From assembly GCA_947626095.1 (NCBI GenBank), contig CANQQV010000002.1, positions 32,001 to 96,000 on the forward strand: a DNA stretch of 64,000 nucleotides, given 5' to 3'. Under the pieces are notes generated by a model. The model saw nothing but the letters and a program-made list of their open reading frames with translations. It did no database searches and had not been told where the DNA came from. How positions within the stretch are numbered: position 1 is the stretch's first letter; each line of letters starts with the position of its first letter. Shown one piece after another: positions 48,496 to 59,243 of the stretch. The position numbers and the translations under genes were made by a program. This DNA comes from an uncultured Bacilli bacterium (GTDB lineage: Bacteria > Bacillota_I > Bacilli_A > RF39 > UBA660).

Positions 48496-50358
48496 TTAGT
48501 ATAATGGTTCATTTGCAGCTTTCTTTTTCTTTTGTTTATTAACAACAACTATTATGATAATAATAGCAACTAAAATAATAGCACCAAGTAGAAGATAATA
48601 TTTATATTTATTAAATATTTTAGTTAATGGTCCTTCTTCATTAATTAGTTCATTAGTTGTAATAACGTAATGAGGATCACCATTAGTAATAAAGGATATA
48701 TAACCATTATTAACTTTAATACCATCAGTGATTAGTTTATAGTTACCTTGTTGTTCATATGAATAAATTCGAACAATATCACCGTCTTTATATTTATCAT
48801 CTAAATACAATAATACTTCATTATCTTCTGGAATATGCGTAGTATATATTAAAGTACTACCCTCTTCTTTATTTAAAGAGATATCTAATTCTTCACTAGG
48901 TAGATTATTTTGAAGTTTTACTTGGTATAATAAGCCACCATAGGTATCCACGACATTATAATATAAAATGTAATTATTATTTTTTAAACTGTTTAATAAT
49001 TCACTTGAAATATTACTAATATTATTAGCTGATGTTTCATACAAGATATTACCAGTTATAGTTGTATTTAAGTCAGTAATTAAATTAGCATCACTAGGAT
49101 TTTTATATACAACTATCGTATAGTCTGTTTTATCATTATTTTTTTCAGTAACGGTTATAGTTACAACATTTAAGCCTGGTTTTAAGTCTTTGTTGCCATT
49201 TACTTCAGCTTTAGCTGTACTACTTTCGGTGATGTAATCTAAATCTAAAGATGAAGTATCTTTACTAACACTAAATAAATATTTGGTTTCTGTACCTAAA
49301 GGTAAAGCCAAATTATTAACTTTAAGACTTTTCAATTTACTACTTTCAGTTATAGGGTTAATTTCTTCATTAGAACGAGTAATATTGATAGTATAGTTAG
49401 ATTCATTACCTGAGGAAGACGTTACTTTTAAATTAAAGGTATTAAGTCCCATAGCTAAAGTTTTAGTTCCTGTTCCAACGATTGTAGCGCGGGAATCAGT
49501 AGCTGTTGCCGTAATTAAAATACTTTCAACGCTACGACTAACAACAGCATCGTAGGTTGTTTTATTTTCTTGGTAAGCAATATTTGTATTGGAAACACTA
49601 AGATTTTTTAAAGTCGTATCGCCACTACGGTCATCGGTTCGCGTAATATTTATTAAGTAAGTTCGCGATGAACCATCTTGAGAACTAACAATGACACGGA
49701 CTTTATTAGGACCATATTCTAGTTTTTTAAGACCAGTTCCAGTAATAGTTTGATTTTCTTCACCTTTACTAGCACTAATATTTACCTCCGTAATATTAGA
49801 GGGAACGGTTACATTATATTCATAAGTAGTTTTAGAAAAAGTAGGATTCATATTATATCCATCAACTTTTAAAGAACTAAGAAAAGTATTAGTACTAGGA
49901 TTAACAGCATTGATAGTAACACCAGCAAATGATTGGGCGATTATATCACCATTAGTGTAATAACTTTTCGTAACATTACCATTTTCATCAGCTGAATCTA
50001 TTTCTATTTTAGAAACACCGGTTTTTAAAACTTTAAACTTAAATTGCATTTGGTTTCCTGGAGTCCATATATGGCCATTATTAGGTTTTTTGATATATAA
50101 ATCACCATTTTTAGCGACGACATCACCAGTACCTTGAATCCAATAAGCTTGTTCATATTGAAAATAACTAGGATCGTATTTTATATGGACATATATTTCA
50201 CTAATATTTAAATCACCATAACGAGTAGTTAAAAGAATATATACTTCAGAACCAACGATTGGTCTTTGTGTAGAAGCTTCAAGGAAGGTAGCAGCCTTTA
50301 CCATATAAGGAAATAAAATAAATAAAATTAAGATTAAAACTAGTTTTATTCTTTTCAT
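48496..50358 (-). CDS. surface protein with cohesin-like and cadherin-like beta-sandwich domains
   Basis: Signal peptide, three LSSLKV/LKNLSV/LKSLKV...G.N...Y.I.ITR repeats, C-terminal TM and basic tail. Confidence 0.82.
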   Translation of the reverse strand: MKRIKLVLILILFILFPYMVKAATFLEASTQRPIVGSEVYILLTTRYGDLNISEIYVHIKYDPSYFQYEQAYWIQGTGDVVAKNGDLYIKKPNNGHIWTPGNQMQFKFKVLKTGVSKIEIDSADENGNVTKSYYTNGDIIAQSFAGVTINAVNPSTNTFLSSLKVDGYNMNPTFSKTTYEYNVTVPSNITEVNISASKGEENQTITGTGLKKLEYGPNKVRVIVSSQDGSSRTYLINITRTDDRSGDTTLKNLSVSNTNIAYQENKTTYDAVVSRSVESILITATATDSRATIVGTGTKTLAMGLNTFNLKVTSSSGNESNYTINITRSNEEINPITESSKLKSLKVNNLALPLGTETKYLFSVSKDTSSLDLDYITESSTAKAEVNGNKDLKPGLNVVTITVTEKNNDKTDYTIVVYKNPSDANLITDLNTTITGNILYETSANNISNISSELLNSLKNNNYILYYNVVDTYGGLLYQVKLQNNLPSEELDISLNKEEGSTLIYTTHIPEDNEVLLYLDDKYKDGDIVRIYSYEQQGNYKLITDGIKVNNGYISFITNGDPHYVITTNELINEEGPLTKIFNKYKYYLLLGAIILVAIIIIIVVVNKQKKKKAANEPLY

Positions 50359-50469
50359 ACTAACTCCCTATTCTTTCTATTTTTTATTATATTATATATT
50401 TTTAGATAATTCAATTAATAGCATTTACCTTTTATATTTTTTTTGATAACATAATGGTGGTGAAAAAAA

Positions 50470-50838
50470 ATGAAAGATTGTGTATTTTGTAAAATTATAA
50501 AGGGAGAAATTCCAGCGAAGAAAATATTTGAAGATGAAAAAGTTATGGTAATTATGGATGCTAATCCACAAACGGATGGCCATGTTTTAGTTATGCCAAA
50601 AGAACATGTTACAGACTATACAGAGTTAAGTGATGAATTACTACAACATATTAATAAGGTAGCTAAAGAAATAGCACCTAGTTTAATGAAAAAACTAGAT
50701 GCTAAAGCAATGACTTTTGTAGTTAACTATGGTGATAGTCAAGCTGTTAAACATTTTCATCTACATTTAATCCCTGACTATTTAGTTAAAACAAAGAGTG
50801 AAAAAACAATTGATGAAGTTTATGAAATAATAAAATAG
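50470..50838 (+). CDS. hit: HIT family protein
   Basis: DCVFCKII, GHVLVMPK, HFHLHLIP. Confidence 0.92.
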   Translation: MKDCVFCKIIKGEIPAKKIFEDEKVMVIMDANPQTDGHVLVMPKEHVTDYTELSDELLQHINKVAKEIAPSLMKKLDAKAMTFVVNYGDSQAVKHFHLHLIPDYLVKTKSEKTIDEVYEIIK

Positions 50839-50859
50839 AAGATTTTTTAATCTTCTATT

Positions 50860-51288
50860 TTATAAATATTTTTTTAAATTATTTAAGTTTTTCTTTTCGA
50901 TTCTAAGTAATTTCTTAGCTAAAGAGATTGCTTTTTTATTTTGGCCATCATAATTATTTATTTTTTCTTCGATTTCGATGATACCTTTGTTATTACCAGT
51001 CATCATCATTTTAGCAAGATTACTAGTACTATTATCTATTATAGTTTGCCTTTTAGCATCAATTATTGTCATTAAGGTAGCCATTTTAGTTACGGGTTCA
51101 ACACTTTCGTGGCATTCACAAAGAAGAGATTTAGCTTCTTCACAGATAGTTAGATAGTCATTTTCTTGCTCTTTAATTTCTTGCATAAACTTTTTGTTCT
51201 TGATAGCGTCTTTAATATTGGCAATACCGATAATACCCATTTCGGCATTTTGATAAATATAGTTTAATAATTTAGTTTCATTAATCAT
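50860..51288 (-). CDS. conserved helical (ferritin-like) protein, probably sporulation-associated
   Basis: LLNYIYQNAEMG...AKMM..GN..G...LKKYL pattern, preceded by a sigma-G-like promoter. Confidence 0.65.
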   Translation of the reverse strand: MINETKLLNYIYQNAEMGIIGIANIKDAIKNKKFMQEIKEQENDYLTICEEAKSLLCECHESVEPVTKMATLMTIIDAKRQTIIDNSTSNLAKMMMTGNNKGIIEIEEKINNYDGQNKKAISLAKKLLRIEKKNLNNLKKYL

Positions 51289-51302
51289 CTTATCACCAGT
51301 AA

Positions 51303-51331
51303 TAGTATGATTTATTTAATTATTTTTATAC
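51303..51331 (-). promoter_or_regulatory. sigma-G-like (forespore) promoter
   Basis: GTATA-17 bp-CATACTA. Confidence 0.6.
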
Positions 51332-51348
51332 AAAGAAAAAGAAGTTTA

Positions 51349-52986
51349 TTAAACTTCTTGGACAACGGCGATTATCATTGGTTTACATTCAGTTTCATGA
51401 TATAGGTATTTGCCGAGTTCTTCTCTTATTTCATTTTTTATCTTATTATAATCAACATAGTTATCAGTAATATTACGTTCAATAATATTAAGAGATATTT
51501 TTTTGATTTCACTAATCATTTCGCCAGAATCTTTAACATAGATAAAACCTCTAGTAGTTACTTCTGGACCAACTAATAAGACTTTTTCTTTTTTACTGAT
51601 TGTCGCACTAATTAAGACAATACCATTTTCACTTAACATTTCACGGTCTTTAATAACTAGTTCACCAACATCTTCCGTACTATTACCATCGATTAAGATA
51701 TCATTAACTTTAATATGGTCAAAGTTTTCGGTATTTAGTTTACCATCTACAATTTCAATAACATCGCCATTTTGTTTTAAAATAATATTTTCTTTAGGAA
51801 TATTAAGTTCAGAAGCGATATTAGCATTATTAACCATGTAACGATATTCACCTTTAACGGGAATATAGTATTTAGGTTTTAATAAGTCAATCATAATCAT
51901 TAAGTCTTCAGAAGAAGCGTGATGTAAAATACTCTTCTCTTTAGGAACAGATACGATATCGCAGCCATTAGTTGCTAAATCATTTTGAACTTTAACTAAA
52001 GTTTTTTCACTACTATCATATTTTGGTTCAGCAAATACAACGGTATCTGTTTTCTTTAATTTAATAAATTTATCATAACCATTAATGATTTTACTAATTG
52101 AAGCATAAGGATTTTCTTTGCTATCTTGAATTAATAAAATAGCATCTTTATCATCAATATTAGATAAGTCACCTAAAACAGAATCAGGAAATTTTAAATA
52201 TCCTTCTTTTTTAGAAAAAGAAATAATATTTTGTAAGTTTTTACCCATAATAACGACTTTACGATGCGTATTAGCCACAGCATCAAAGATTTCTTGGATC
52301 GTATAGATATGGGTTGGTAAAAGCGCAAATAACATACGATTTTCATGGTGTTTTATCGCATCTTTAAAGAAACTAGTTAAACGATGAGCTGGTGATGTAT
52401 GACCAATACGTTCAGAGAAAACTGATTCACACATTAAAGCTAATACACCTTGTTTACCAATATAAGCTATTTTACCTAAATCCATGGAATATTTATCCAT
52501 CATTTTAGGGTCAATAATAAAGTCACCAGTATATACTATAGCACCATCTTTAGTATTAATAACGTACATAACAGCATCAGGAGCTGAATGGTTAACGTTT
52601 ATAGGAAAGATACTAACGGCACCAAAATTAATCTTTTTATGAGGTTTAATTTCAATTATTTTCTTTTCATCAATACCATCATTAGTTAAGATAAATTTAG
52701 TAAACTTAGTAGCATATACTTTGATATTAGGTAAATCTTTTAATAAATCTTCAGTAGCTCCCATATTTTCATAATGACCATGAGTTAGAAATAAACCTTT
52801 AATACGATTTTGTTTTTTAATTAAATAATCAAAGTCAGGTATTATATAATCAATACCATAAAGATTTTCGTTAGCATACTTAAGGCCACAATCAAAAACA
52901 TATAAATCGTTATCGATATCAACGACATAACAGTTTTTGCCCATTTCATCTAGTCCACCTAGACTAAATATTTTTATATTACACAT
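51349..52986 (-). CDS. rnj: ribonuclease J (J2-like, degenerate metal motif)
   Basis: LGGLDEMGKN, THGHYENMGA in place of HxHxDH, TGDF, GPEVTTRGFIYV. ATG at 52986. Confidence 0.9.
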   Translation of the reverse strand: MCNIKIFSLGGLDEMGKNCYVVDIDNDLYVFDCGLKYANENLYGIDYIIPDFDYLIKKQNRIKGLFLTHGHYENMGATEDLLKDLPNIKVYATKFTKFILTNDGIDEKKIIEIKPHKKINFGAVSIFPINVNHSAPDAVMYVINTKDGAIVYTGDFIIDPKMMDKYSMDLGKIAYIGKQGVLALMCESVFSERIGHTSPAHRLTSFFKDAIKHHENRMLFALLPTHIYTIQEIFDAVANTHRKVVIMGKNLQNIISFSKKEGYLKFPDSVLGDLSNIDDKDAILLIQDSKENPYASISKIINGYDKFIKLKKTDTVVFAEPKYDSSEKTLVKVQNDLATNGCDIVSVPKEKSILHHASSEDLMIMIDLLKPKYYIPVKGEYRYMVNNANIASELNIPKENIILKQNGDVIEIVDGKLNTENFDHIKVNDILIDGNSTEDVGELVIKDREMLSENGIVLISATISKKEKVLLVGPEVTTRGFIYVKDSGEMISEIKKISLNIIERNITDNYVDYNKIKNEIREELGKYLYHETECKPMIIAVVQEV

Positions 52987-53110
52987 TAATAACAACTCTT
53001 TTCTATTATATTTTTATAAAAGGCTTGCGACTAAGTAATTATAACAAATATCTATTAAACTTGCAATGTTTACTAAATTATTTACAAAGGGATAAGTAAA
53101 GACTTATTAT

Positions 53111-53878
53111 TTATTCTTTGATTAATTCTGATAAATATACGATTTCTAGATCTTGATATTTAATTTGATTTAGTAATAGTTCTAATTCACTAAGAGATAA
53201 TGATTTTTGGACTAAGATTATTTCCCCACTACTTATTTTATTTTTGTTAAGACTAAGATTAGAATGATTAATTATTAAAGAGGCTTTAAACAAGTATTTA
53301 TTTTGACACAGTTTAGGAATAGTATTTTTAACATAGCATAGTTGATGGTTAGCTTTTTTCTTATTTAAGTATTTATCGATATTATGGTATGTAGTTGAAT
53401 CATTAGAATTATTAATTAATTCATAAGATAAATTATAGTTTTCTTGGTTAAGGAGAAGATCTATTTGATATTGTTTACTGATAAGATACTTAGTTAATTC
53501 GCTTTCTTCTTCAAAGATTAGAGAAACTCTGTTTTTCTTTTCGTTGCCGCGAATTATTATTTTATCTTTATGATCTTCTAAGCTAATAGTTGGTTTGATA
53601 GTTTCATAGACTAATAAATCTTCGTTGTAACTTTTATTTTTTTGCATGCTTAAAAAAGATTTATTAACATCTACTTCTCTGCCACTTAAACCAGGGATTA
53701 TATAATTATTATCAATAAAGATACTATCGATAGATGAGACATATTTAGATTCTTTTACTTCATTAATACTTTGAAGTAAGGGATTTTTATTTTTAACATA
53801 TAAAGCAATTTCATTAGTATAATAAAAACTTAAGATACATAAACCAATAAGACCTAGATATTTAAAATATTTTTTCAT
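53111..53878 (-). CDS. YlxY/SwsB-like sporulation protein (degenerate polysaccharide deacetylase)
   Basis: IPGLSGREVDV..S...M...LVY....P..SL....I.RGN..K..VSL matches the YlxY N-terminal region. Catalytic His/Asp residues not evident. Confidence 0.72.
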   Translation of the reverse strand: MKKYFKYLGLIGLCILSFYYTNEIALYVKNKNPLLQSINEVKESKYVSSIDSIFIDNNYIIPGLSGREVDVNKSFLSMQKNKSYNEDLLVYETIKPTISLEDHKDKIIIRGNEKKNRVSLIFEEESELTKYLISKQYQIDLLLNQENYNLSYELINNSNDSTTYHNIDKYLNKKKANHQLCYVKNTIPKLCQNKYLFKASLIINHSNLSLNKNKISSGEIILVQKSLSLSELELLLNQIKYQDLEIVYLSELIKE

Positions 53879-53961
53879 CTAATCACCTATTAAAATATAT
53901 GTTTTACTTTATTTTATAGATATTATTTTATATAATAAATTTTATGTTTAGGGGGATTATG

Positions 53962-54954
53962 ATGATCATAGAGCAATTTTTAATAGATATATTGTTTGAT
54001 ATGTATGAAGGCTTTATGGAATGCCAAGGAATGTCACAAACAGATTTTGATAATATGTTTTGGGACGAAAATGGTTATGAAGTAAGCGAAGATGATTATT
54101 TACAAAATCATTTTGATGAAGTATTAAGTGATGAAGTTATTGATGCTGTTTATTGTTCAGTAATTGAAGATGGTTTACCAGAAGGATACGACTTTAAAGT
54201 ATTTATGAACTTATTACTTAGTAAGTTTTATGTATATAGATATAGTAAGGATGATTCAGTTATTCGTTATATAAAAAATACTAGTTTGGATGATATTATT
54301 AGATTATTTAAAGAAAACTATGATTTTGGCGTTGATTTAATTAGAACTTATTATATGTCTTTAGTCAATAAAAAAAGAAGTGAAGAAAATAGAAAAGTAA
54401 TATATGATAATCATGATGAAGATAAATTAATAAGTTTAGAAAAAGATAGTATTACCTATCAAATTATTTTTATTAATGATTTACTAAGAAATGTCATTTG
54501 TAATTTATATAATCATTTTATTAGTAACGGTTGTGATGATGTGGCGGCTTTAAATTGTACCTGGGCTTATTTCACAGATAATTTTGATCCTTTGGGCGAA
54601 TTAGATCAAATGGGTATTGATCAAGATAGTAAAGATACTTATAAAATTTATATGTTAGGCCTTATAATATCTGATGTATATGAAGATGCTTGTAATAATT
54701 CGATAATAGATAGTGATAATTATTTAGATCGTTTTGCTGATGTTGCAACAATAGTTGGTCTTACTTTTGGTAATGGTGTAATACCAGTTGATGAAGATAT
54801 ACGTAATCGTTTATTAAAACATTTTATTCTTTTACAAGATGAAAAAGAAAAAAAGAAACAAAATAGACAAAAAAGTTATCAGGATGGAAGAATTAATATC
54901 TTAAAAAAAGTTAATCCAGCTTATAAATTAGATGAATTAACTTTTAATAATTAG
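53962..54954 (+). CDS. hypothetical acidic protein
   Basis: ~330 aa ORF with an AGGGGG RBS. No motif recognised; start could also be 53944 or 53959. Confidence 0.7.
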   Translation: MIIEQFLIDILFDMYEGFMECQGMSQTDFDNMFWDENGYEVSEDDYLQNHFDEVLSDEVIDAVYCSVIEDGLPEGYDFKVFMNLLLSKFYVYRYSKDDSVIRYIKNTSLDDIIRLFKENYDFGVDLIRTYYMSLVNKKRSEENRKVIYDNHDEDKLISLEKDSITYQIIFINDLLRNVICNLYNHFISNGCDDVAALNCTWAYFTDNFDPLGELDQMGIDQDSKDTYKIYMLGLIISDVYEDACNNSIIDSDNYLDRFADVATIVGLTFGNGVIPVDEDIRNRLLKHFILLQDEKEKKKQNRQKSYQDGRINILKKVNPAYKLDELTFNN

Positions 54955-54955
54955 A

Positions 54956-55318
54956 CTATTCATCGTCTTCGTCTGATGAAGTATCTTGATCATCTTCTTT
55001 TTTACTAGATAGGAAGGTAACTTTTTCAGCTATAACTTCAGTGGAAGTTCTTTTATTACCATCTTTATCTTCATAAGAAGATACTTGAAGGCGACCTTTA
55101 ATACCAACTATATCGCCTTTATGACAGTATTCACTAGTACTTGAAGCGATAGCATTCCATAAAGTACAGCGGATAAAATCAGTTTCATAAATACCATCAA
55201 TATTTTTAAAGGTACGTTGAACTGCTAATGTTAAATGACTAACTTTACGATTGTCTTCCATTTTGACAACTTCGACATCATCAGTTAAGCGACCGACTAG
55301 AACAACTTGGTTTAACAA
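54956..55318 (-). CDS. ssb: single-stranded DNA-binding protein (short, SsbB-like)
   Basis: LNQVVLVGRLT...TDFIRC..W...KG..VGIKGRLQ. TTG start at 55318 after AGGAGG. Acidic tail without the terminal PF. Confidence 0.9.
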   Translation of the reverse strand: MLNQVVLVGRLTDDVEVVKMEDNRKVSHLTLAVQRTFKNIDGIYETDFIRCTLWNAIASSTSEYCHKGDIVGIKGRLQVSSYEDKDGNKRTSTEVIAEKVTFLSSKKEDDQDTSSDEDDE

Positions 55319-55504
55319 TTTTATTCCTCCTTTCAAGGACGAATACTAACAAGTTTTAAGCTTTAGTTCAAATGAGTGTTTTAGTGATTTAGAAATTATT
55401 TATAATTAAAAAAGATGTTTTGTTTAGAACAAACATCTTTTTTGATTGAGCTATATGTTTAATAATCATCGTTTAGATAGGTTTTCAACTTTTTTAAGTA
55501 TTTG

Positions 55505-56800
55505 TTATTCTTTTAATAAACGATTTAATTCGACAGCATATTCCATAGGTAGTTCTTTTTTAAAATCACTTATAAAGCCCATAATAAGTAATTCTTTAGC
55601 ACTATTTTCACTTAAGCCTTTACTAGTTAAATAAAACATTTTTTCTGCACTTACTTTAGAAATTGTAGCTTCATGTTCTAGAGAACTAGTGTTATTACCA
55701 ACGATATTAGTAGGAAAAGTATCACTTTTAGAAATATCATCTAAGATAATAGTGTCACATTTAATAGTGGCTTTACTATTAACAGCGTTTTTCGTTATTT
55801 TAGTAAGACCACGATAGTTACTTATTCCCCCATTAGAAGCAATGGATTTACTAACAATATTACTCTTAGTATTAGGAGCAAGATGAATCATTTTAGCACC
55901 AGCATCAAGGTTTTGACCTTCTTTAGCATAAGCAATAGATATGGAATTACCAGTAGCACCCTCACCTTTTAAAATACAAGAAGGATATTTCATTGTAACT
56001 TTACTACCGATATTACCATCAACCCATTCCATAGTACCATAGTCATCAACGATAGCACGTTTAGTAACTAAGTTATAAACATCAGTTGACCAGTTTTGAA
56101 TCGTTGAATAACGGCAATGAGCATTCTTTTTAATAAAGATTTCAACAACCCCAGCATGAAGTGAAGTGACACTATATTCTTTAGCAGTACATCCTTCGAT
56201 ATAACTTAGGTCAGCTCCTTCATCAACAATAATAATCGTTCTTTCAAATTGACCTAAACTTTCGGTTTCAATACGGAAATAACTTTGCAGTGGGCGATCA
56301 ACTTTAACGTCTTTAGGAATATAGATAAAAGAACCACCGGACCAAACAGCACCATTTAAGGCGGTATATTTATTTTCACTATAATTAACTAAATGATTAA
56401 AATATTCTTTAAATAATTCTGGATACTTCTGTAAAGCATCATCGGTTGATGTAAAGATAATACCTTGTTCTTTAAGGGATTGATTATGATAAACAACTTC
56501 ACTTTCAAATTGATTAGTAACGCCACCTAGATATTTTTTTTCAGCATCAATAACCCCTAGTTTATCAAAACTATTACGAATACTACAATTGACTCTTTGC
56601 CAGTCATTAGTTAATTTCTCAGCTGTTCCTTTATAGTAAGTTAGATTATCAAAGTCAATATCAATAGTTGGACCAAACTTAGGATTATCTAATTCTTTAA
56701 ATTTAGCGTATGATTTTAGACGAAATTCTAACATCCATGCGGGTTCATTCTTCTTTTTGGATAAATCTATAATAAATTGTTCGTTTAGTTCCCTTTTCAT
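55505..56800 (-). CDS. sufB: Fe-S cluster assembly scaffold SufB
   Basis: WSGGSFIYIPK, GQFERT, YIEGCTA, TIQNWS, HEATISK, ELPMEYAVELN. Confidence 0.94.
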   Translation of the reverse strand: MKRELNEQFIIDLSKKKNEPAWMLEFRLKSYAKFKELDNPKFGPTIDIDFDNLTYYKGTAEKLTNDWQRVNCSIRNSFDKLGVIDAEKKYLGGVTNQFESEVVYHNQSLKEQGIIFTSTDDALQKYPELFKEYFNHLVNYSENKYTALNGAVWSGGSFIYIPKDVKVDRPLQSYFRIETESLGQFERTIIIVDEGADLSYIEGCTAKEYSVTSLHAGVVEIFIKKNAHCRYSTIQNWSTDVYNLVTKRAIVDDYGTMEWVDGNIGSKVTMKYPSCILKGEGATGNSISIAYAKEGQNLDAGAKMIHLAPNTKSNIVSKSIASNGGISNYRGLTKITKNAVNSKATIKCDTIILDDISKSDTFPTNIVGNNTSSLEHEATISKVSAEKMFYLTSKGLSENSAKELLIMGFISDFKKELPMEYAVELNRLLKE

Positions 56801-56883
56801 AATCATCACGTTAATTATTATACAACATTAATAATTATTTGAAAATAAACAAATATTTTGCTAATATTATAATAGGTGATAAT

Positions 56884-58203
56884 ATGGAAATACTTGAGGT
56901 TAATAGAAATACTTTAGCTAACTTATATGAACAATTCCCCGAAAACTTTAAAGACTTATCTATGAGTGGTAAGTATTTAGTATATAATGGTGAAGAAGTT
57001 GATATTAGTAACTTTAATATTAATGATTTGTTAAGTGGAGAATCAGAATTTGCGAGCTCTTTAAATAATTTAAATTCAGAAGATATTTTTAAAATAATTA
57101 GATTACATTCTACTTTTTTAAGTTCTACCAATAAAGATTTAACAAGTAAAGAAACTAAAACAGAAGATAAATTAGATGTCATTAAAAGAGATAATCCTTT
57201 AATGCGTAATATAAATGTTGTTGTTAAAACTGATGGTGTTGTTAAAACAGAATATTTCAATATTGTAGATAGTAATGGTGAAGATCATTTATTTGTTAAT
57301 GATCGTGATGTGGATATTTTTTCAATTTATGAGTCATTAAAAGTACGTAATAATGGTTTAGTTACTCCTAACGAATTAATAGAAGCAATTAATCGTAAAT
57401 TATATCGAATTAGTTTAGATAATGCACGATCTTTACAAGATTCTAGTGAAGTATCAGAAGATTTTGCTAATAAAATGAATAAAGTTGGTGAACCATATCG
57501 TGATGATAAATCCGTAAGAGTTTATGGTAATGAAAGTGAAGATATAGCAATAGTAGCTGATGATCGAGCTGCCGAAGAACATACAGTTGTGACATTTAAT
57601 AAAAATGAGAATGGTGATTTAGTAACTGAAAGACATCGTCAAAATGTTAATAGTGAAGAAACAGTAGATAGTGCTTCAGATGCTAGTGAAGATGAAATAA
57701 ATGTTACTGAAGATAGTGATGCCGAAGTTAAAAAAGATAATGAAGAAGAAGTTGTTGAAAGATTAATTAGTGAAGAAGAGTTCTATCGTTTATTAAATTC
57801 AGAAGTAGATTTATCAGAAGAAGAAAGAAATAGTGTTAACCTATTCTATGGTTATTTAGGTGATTTAGTTTTATATGAAGCTTATTTACTTCCAGAACTA
57901 ATGAATATATTAAATAGATTTAGAGCTTATGTATATGGTTTACAATATGAACGTGAAGATGAAACAGAATTAAATAATAAACAACAAGAAGCAATTGATA
58001 AAGCTAATGAATTTGAACAAAACAAAAATCAAGTAGAATTAGATAAAGATCCAACGAAAGTTAAAGAAGAAGTCCAAAAGTTAACATTAAAATATGATAA
58101 TATGAGTGCAGAAAATAAAGGTGTTATTTCGGTCCTACTTGTTTTATCAATTATAATTATTGTTTCAATAATAGTGATGATTATAACGTTTAAAGCACTA
58201 TAA
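56884..58203 (+). CDS. acidic protein with a single C-terminal TM anchor
   Basis: ATG at 56884 after AGGTGA. No signal peptide; ends NKGVISVLLVLSIIIIVSIIVMIITFKAL. Confidence 0.72.
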   Translation: MEILEVNRNTLANLYEQFPENFKDLSMSGKYLVYNGEEVDISNFNINDLLSGESEFASSLNNLNSEDIFKIIRLHSTFLSSTNKDLTSKETKTEDKLDVIKRDNPLMRNINVVVKTDGVVKTEYFNIVDSNGEDHLFVNDRDVDIFSIYESLKVRNNGLVTPNELIEAINRKLYRISLDNARSLQDSSEVSEDFANKMNKVGEPYRDDKSVRVYGNESEDIAIVADDRAAEEHTVVTFNKNENGDLVTERHRQNVNSEETVDSASDASEDEINVTEDSDAEVKKDNEEEVVERLISEEEFYRLLNSEVDLSEEERNSVNLFYGYLGDLVLYEAYLLPELMNILNRFRAYVYGLQYEREDETELNNKQQEAIDKANEFEQNKNQVELDKDPTKVKEEVQKLTLKYDNMSAENKGVISVLLVLSIIIIVSIIVMIITFKAL

Positions 58204-58229
58204 AAGTATAGGTTTGAACCTATACTTTT

Positions 58230-59228
58230 TTATTTTTGGGCTTGAACAGAAGTAATAGCAACGACACCAACGATATCATCAACGGAACAACCACGAGATA
58301 AATCATTGACCGGTTTTTTAATACCTTGAGTTATAGGACCATAGCTTTCAGCTTTAGCTAATCTTTGTACTAGTTTATAACCAATATTACCAGCATCTAA
58401 ATCAGGGAAGATTAAGACATTTGCCCTACCCTTAACCTCTGAATCAGGAGCTTTCATTTCGGCGACTTCAGGAACAATAGCAGCATCTAATTGTAGCTCA
58501 CCATCGATTAAATATTCAGGATATTTCTCATTAGCTATTTTAACGGCTTCTACTACTTTATCAACATCAGCGTGCTTAGCACTACCTTTAGTTGAATGAG
58601 ATAACATAGCTGTAATTGGTTCAGCACCAGTTAATAGTTTAAAGGATTTGGCTGAAGATGCAGCAATAGCAGCTAAACGGTCTGGAGTTGGATTTTGTTC
58701 AAGGCCAGCATCACTAAAGATAAAAGTACCATTATAACCATATTCACAGTTAGGAACAATCATCAAGAAGAAGGCTGATACTAATTCACAATTTGGTTCA
58801 GTTTTAATGATTTGTAAAGCGGGTCTTAAAGTGTTAGCAGTTGAATGACAAGCACCAGAAACAACGCCATCAGCCAAATCATTATGAACTAACATACAAG
58901 CATAGTACATATAGTCTTCTAATAATAACTTTTTAGCTTCGTCTAAAGTTAGACCTTTTTCTTTACGTAATTCATATAAATCATTAATTAACTTAGCCGT
59001 TAGATTATTAGTAAAAGGATTGATAATTTCAATATTAGATAAATCGATATTTTCTTTAGTCGAAAGAACGCTAATCTCCTCCTCACGACCAATTAAGATT
59101 ATTTTAGCAATTTGTTCTTTTTGACAAATAGAAGCGGCTTTTAAAACTCTTGGATCCATTGATTCAGGAAGAATAATGGTCTTTAGATTACTTTTAGCGC
59201 GGGTCTTTATTTTTTCAATAAAACTCAT
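58230..59228 (-). CDS. pta: phosphate acetyltransferase
   Basis: ILPES.D.R, DGELQLDAA, FPDLDAGNIGYK, NDLSRG. Confidence 0.96.
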   Translation of the reverse strand: MSFIEKIKTRAKSNLKTIILPESMDPRVLKAASICQKEQIAKIILIGREEEISVLSTKENIDLSNIEIINPFTNNLTAKLINDLYELRKEKGLTLDEAKKLLLEDYMYYACMLVHNDLADGVVSGACHSTANTLRPALQIIKTEPNCELVSAFFLMIVPNCEYGYNGTFIFSDAGLEQNPTPDRLAAIAASSAKSFKLLTGAEPITAMLSHSTKGSAKHADVDKVVEAVKIANEKYPEYLIDGELQLDAAIVPEVAEMKAPDSEVKGRANVLIFPDLDAGNIGYKLVQRLAKAESYGPITQGIKKPVNDLSRGCSVDDIVGVVAITSVQAQK

Positions 59229-59243
59229 AAATATTCTTCTTTC

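Noticed and set aside
51349-52986. RNase J pseudogene because of the degenerate HxHxDH motif
   Set aside because: The ORF is full length, and degenerate metal motifs are typical of RNase J2 paralogues.
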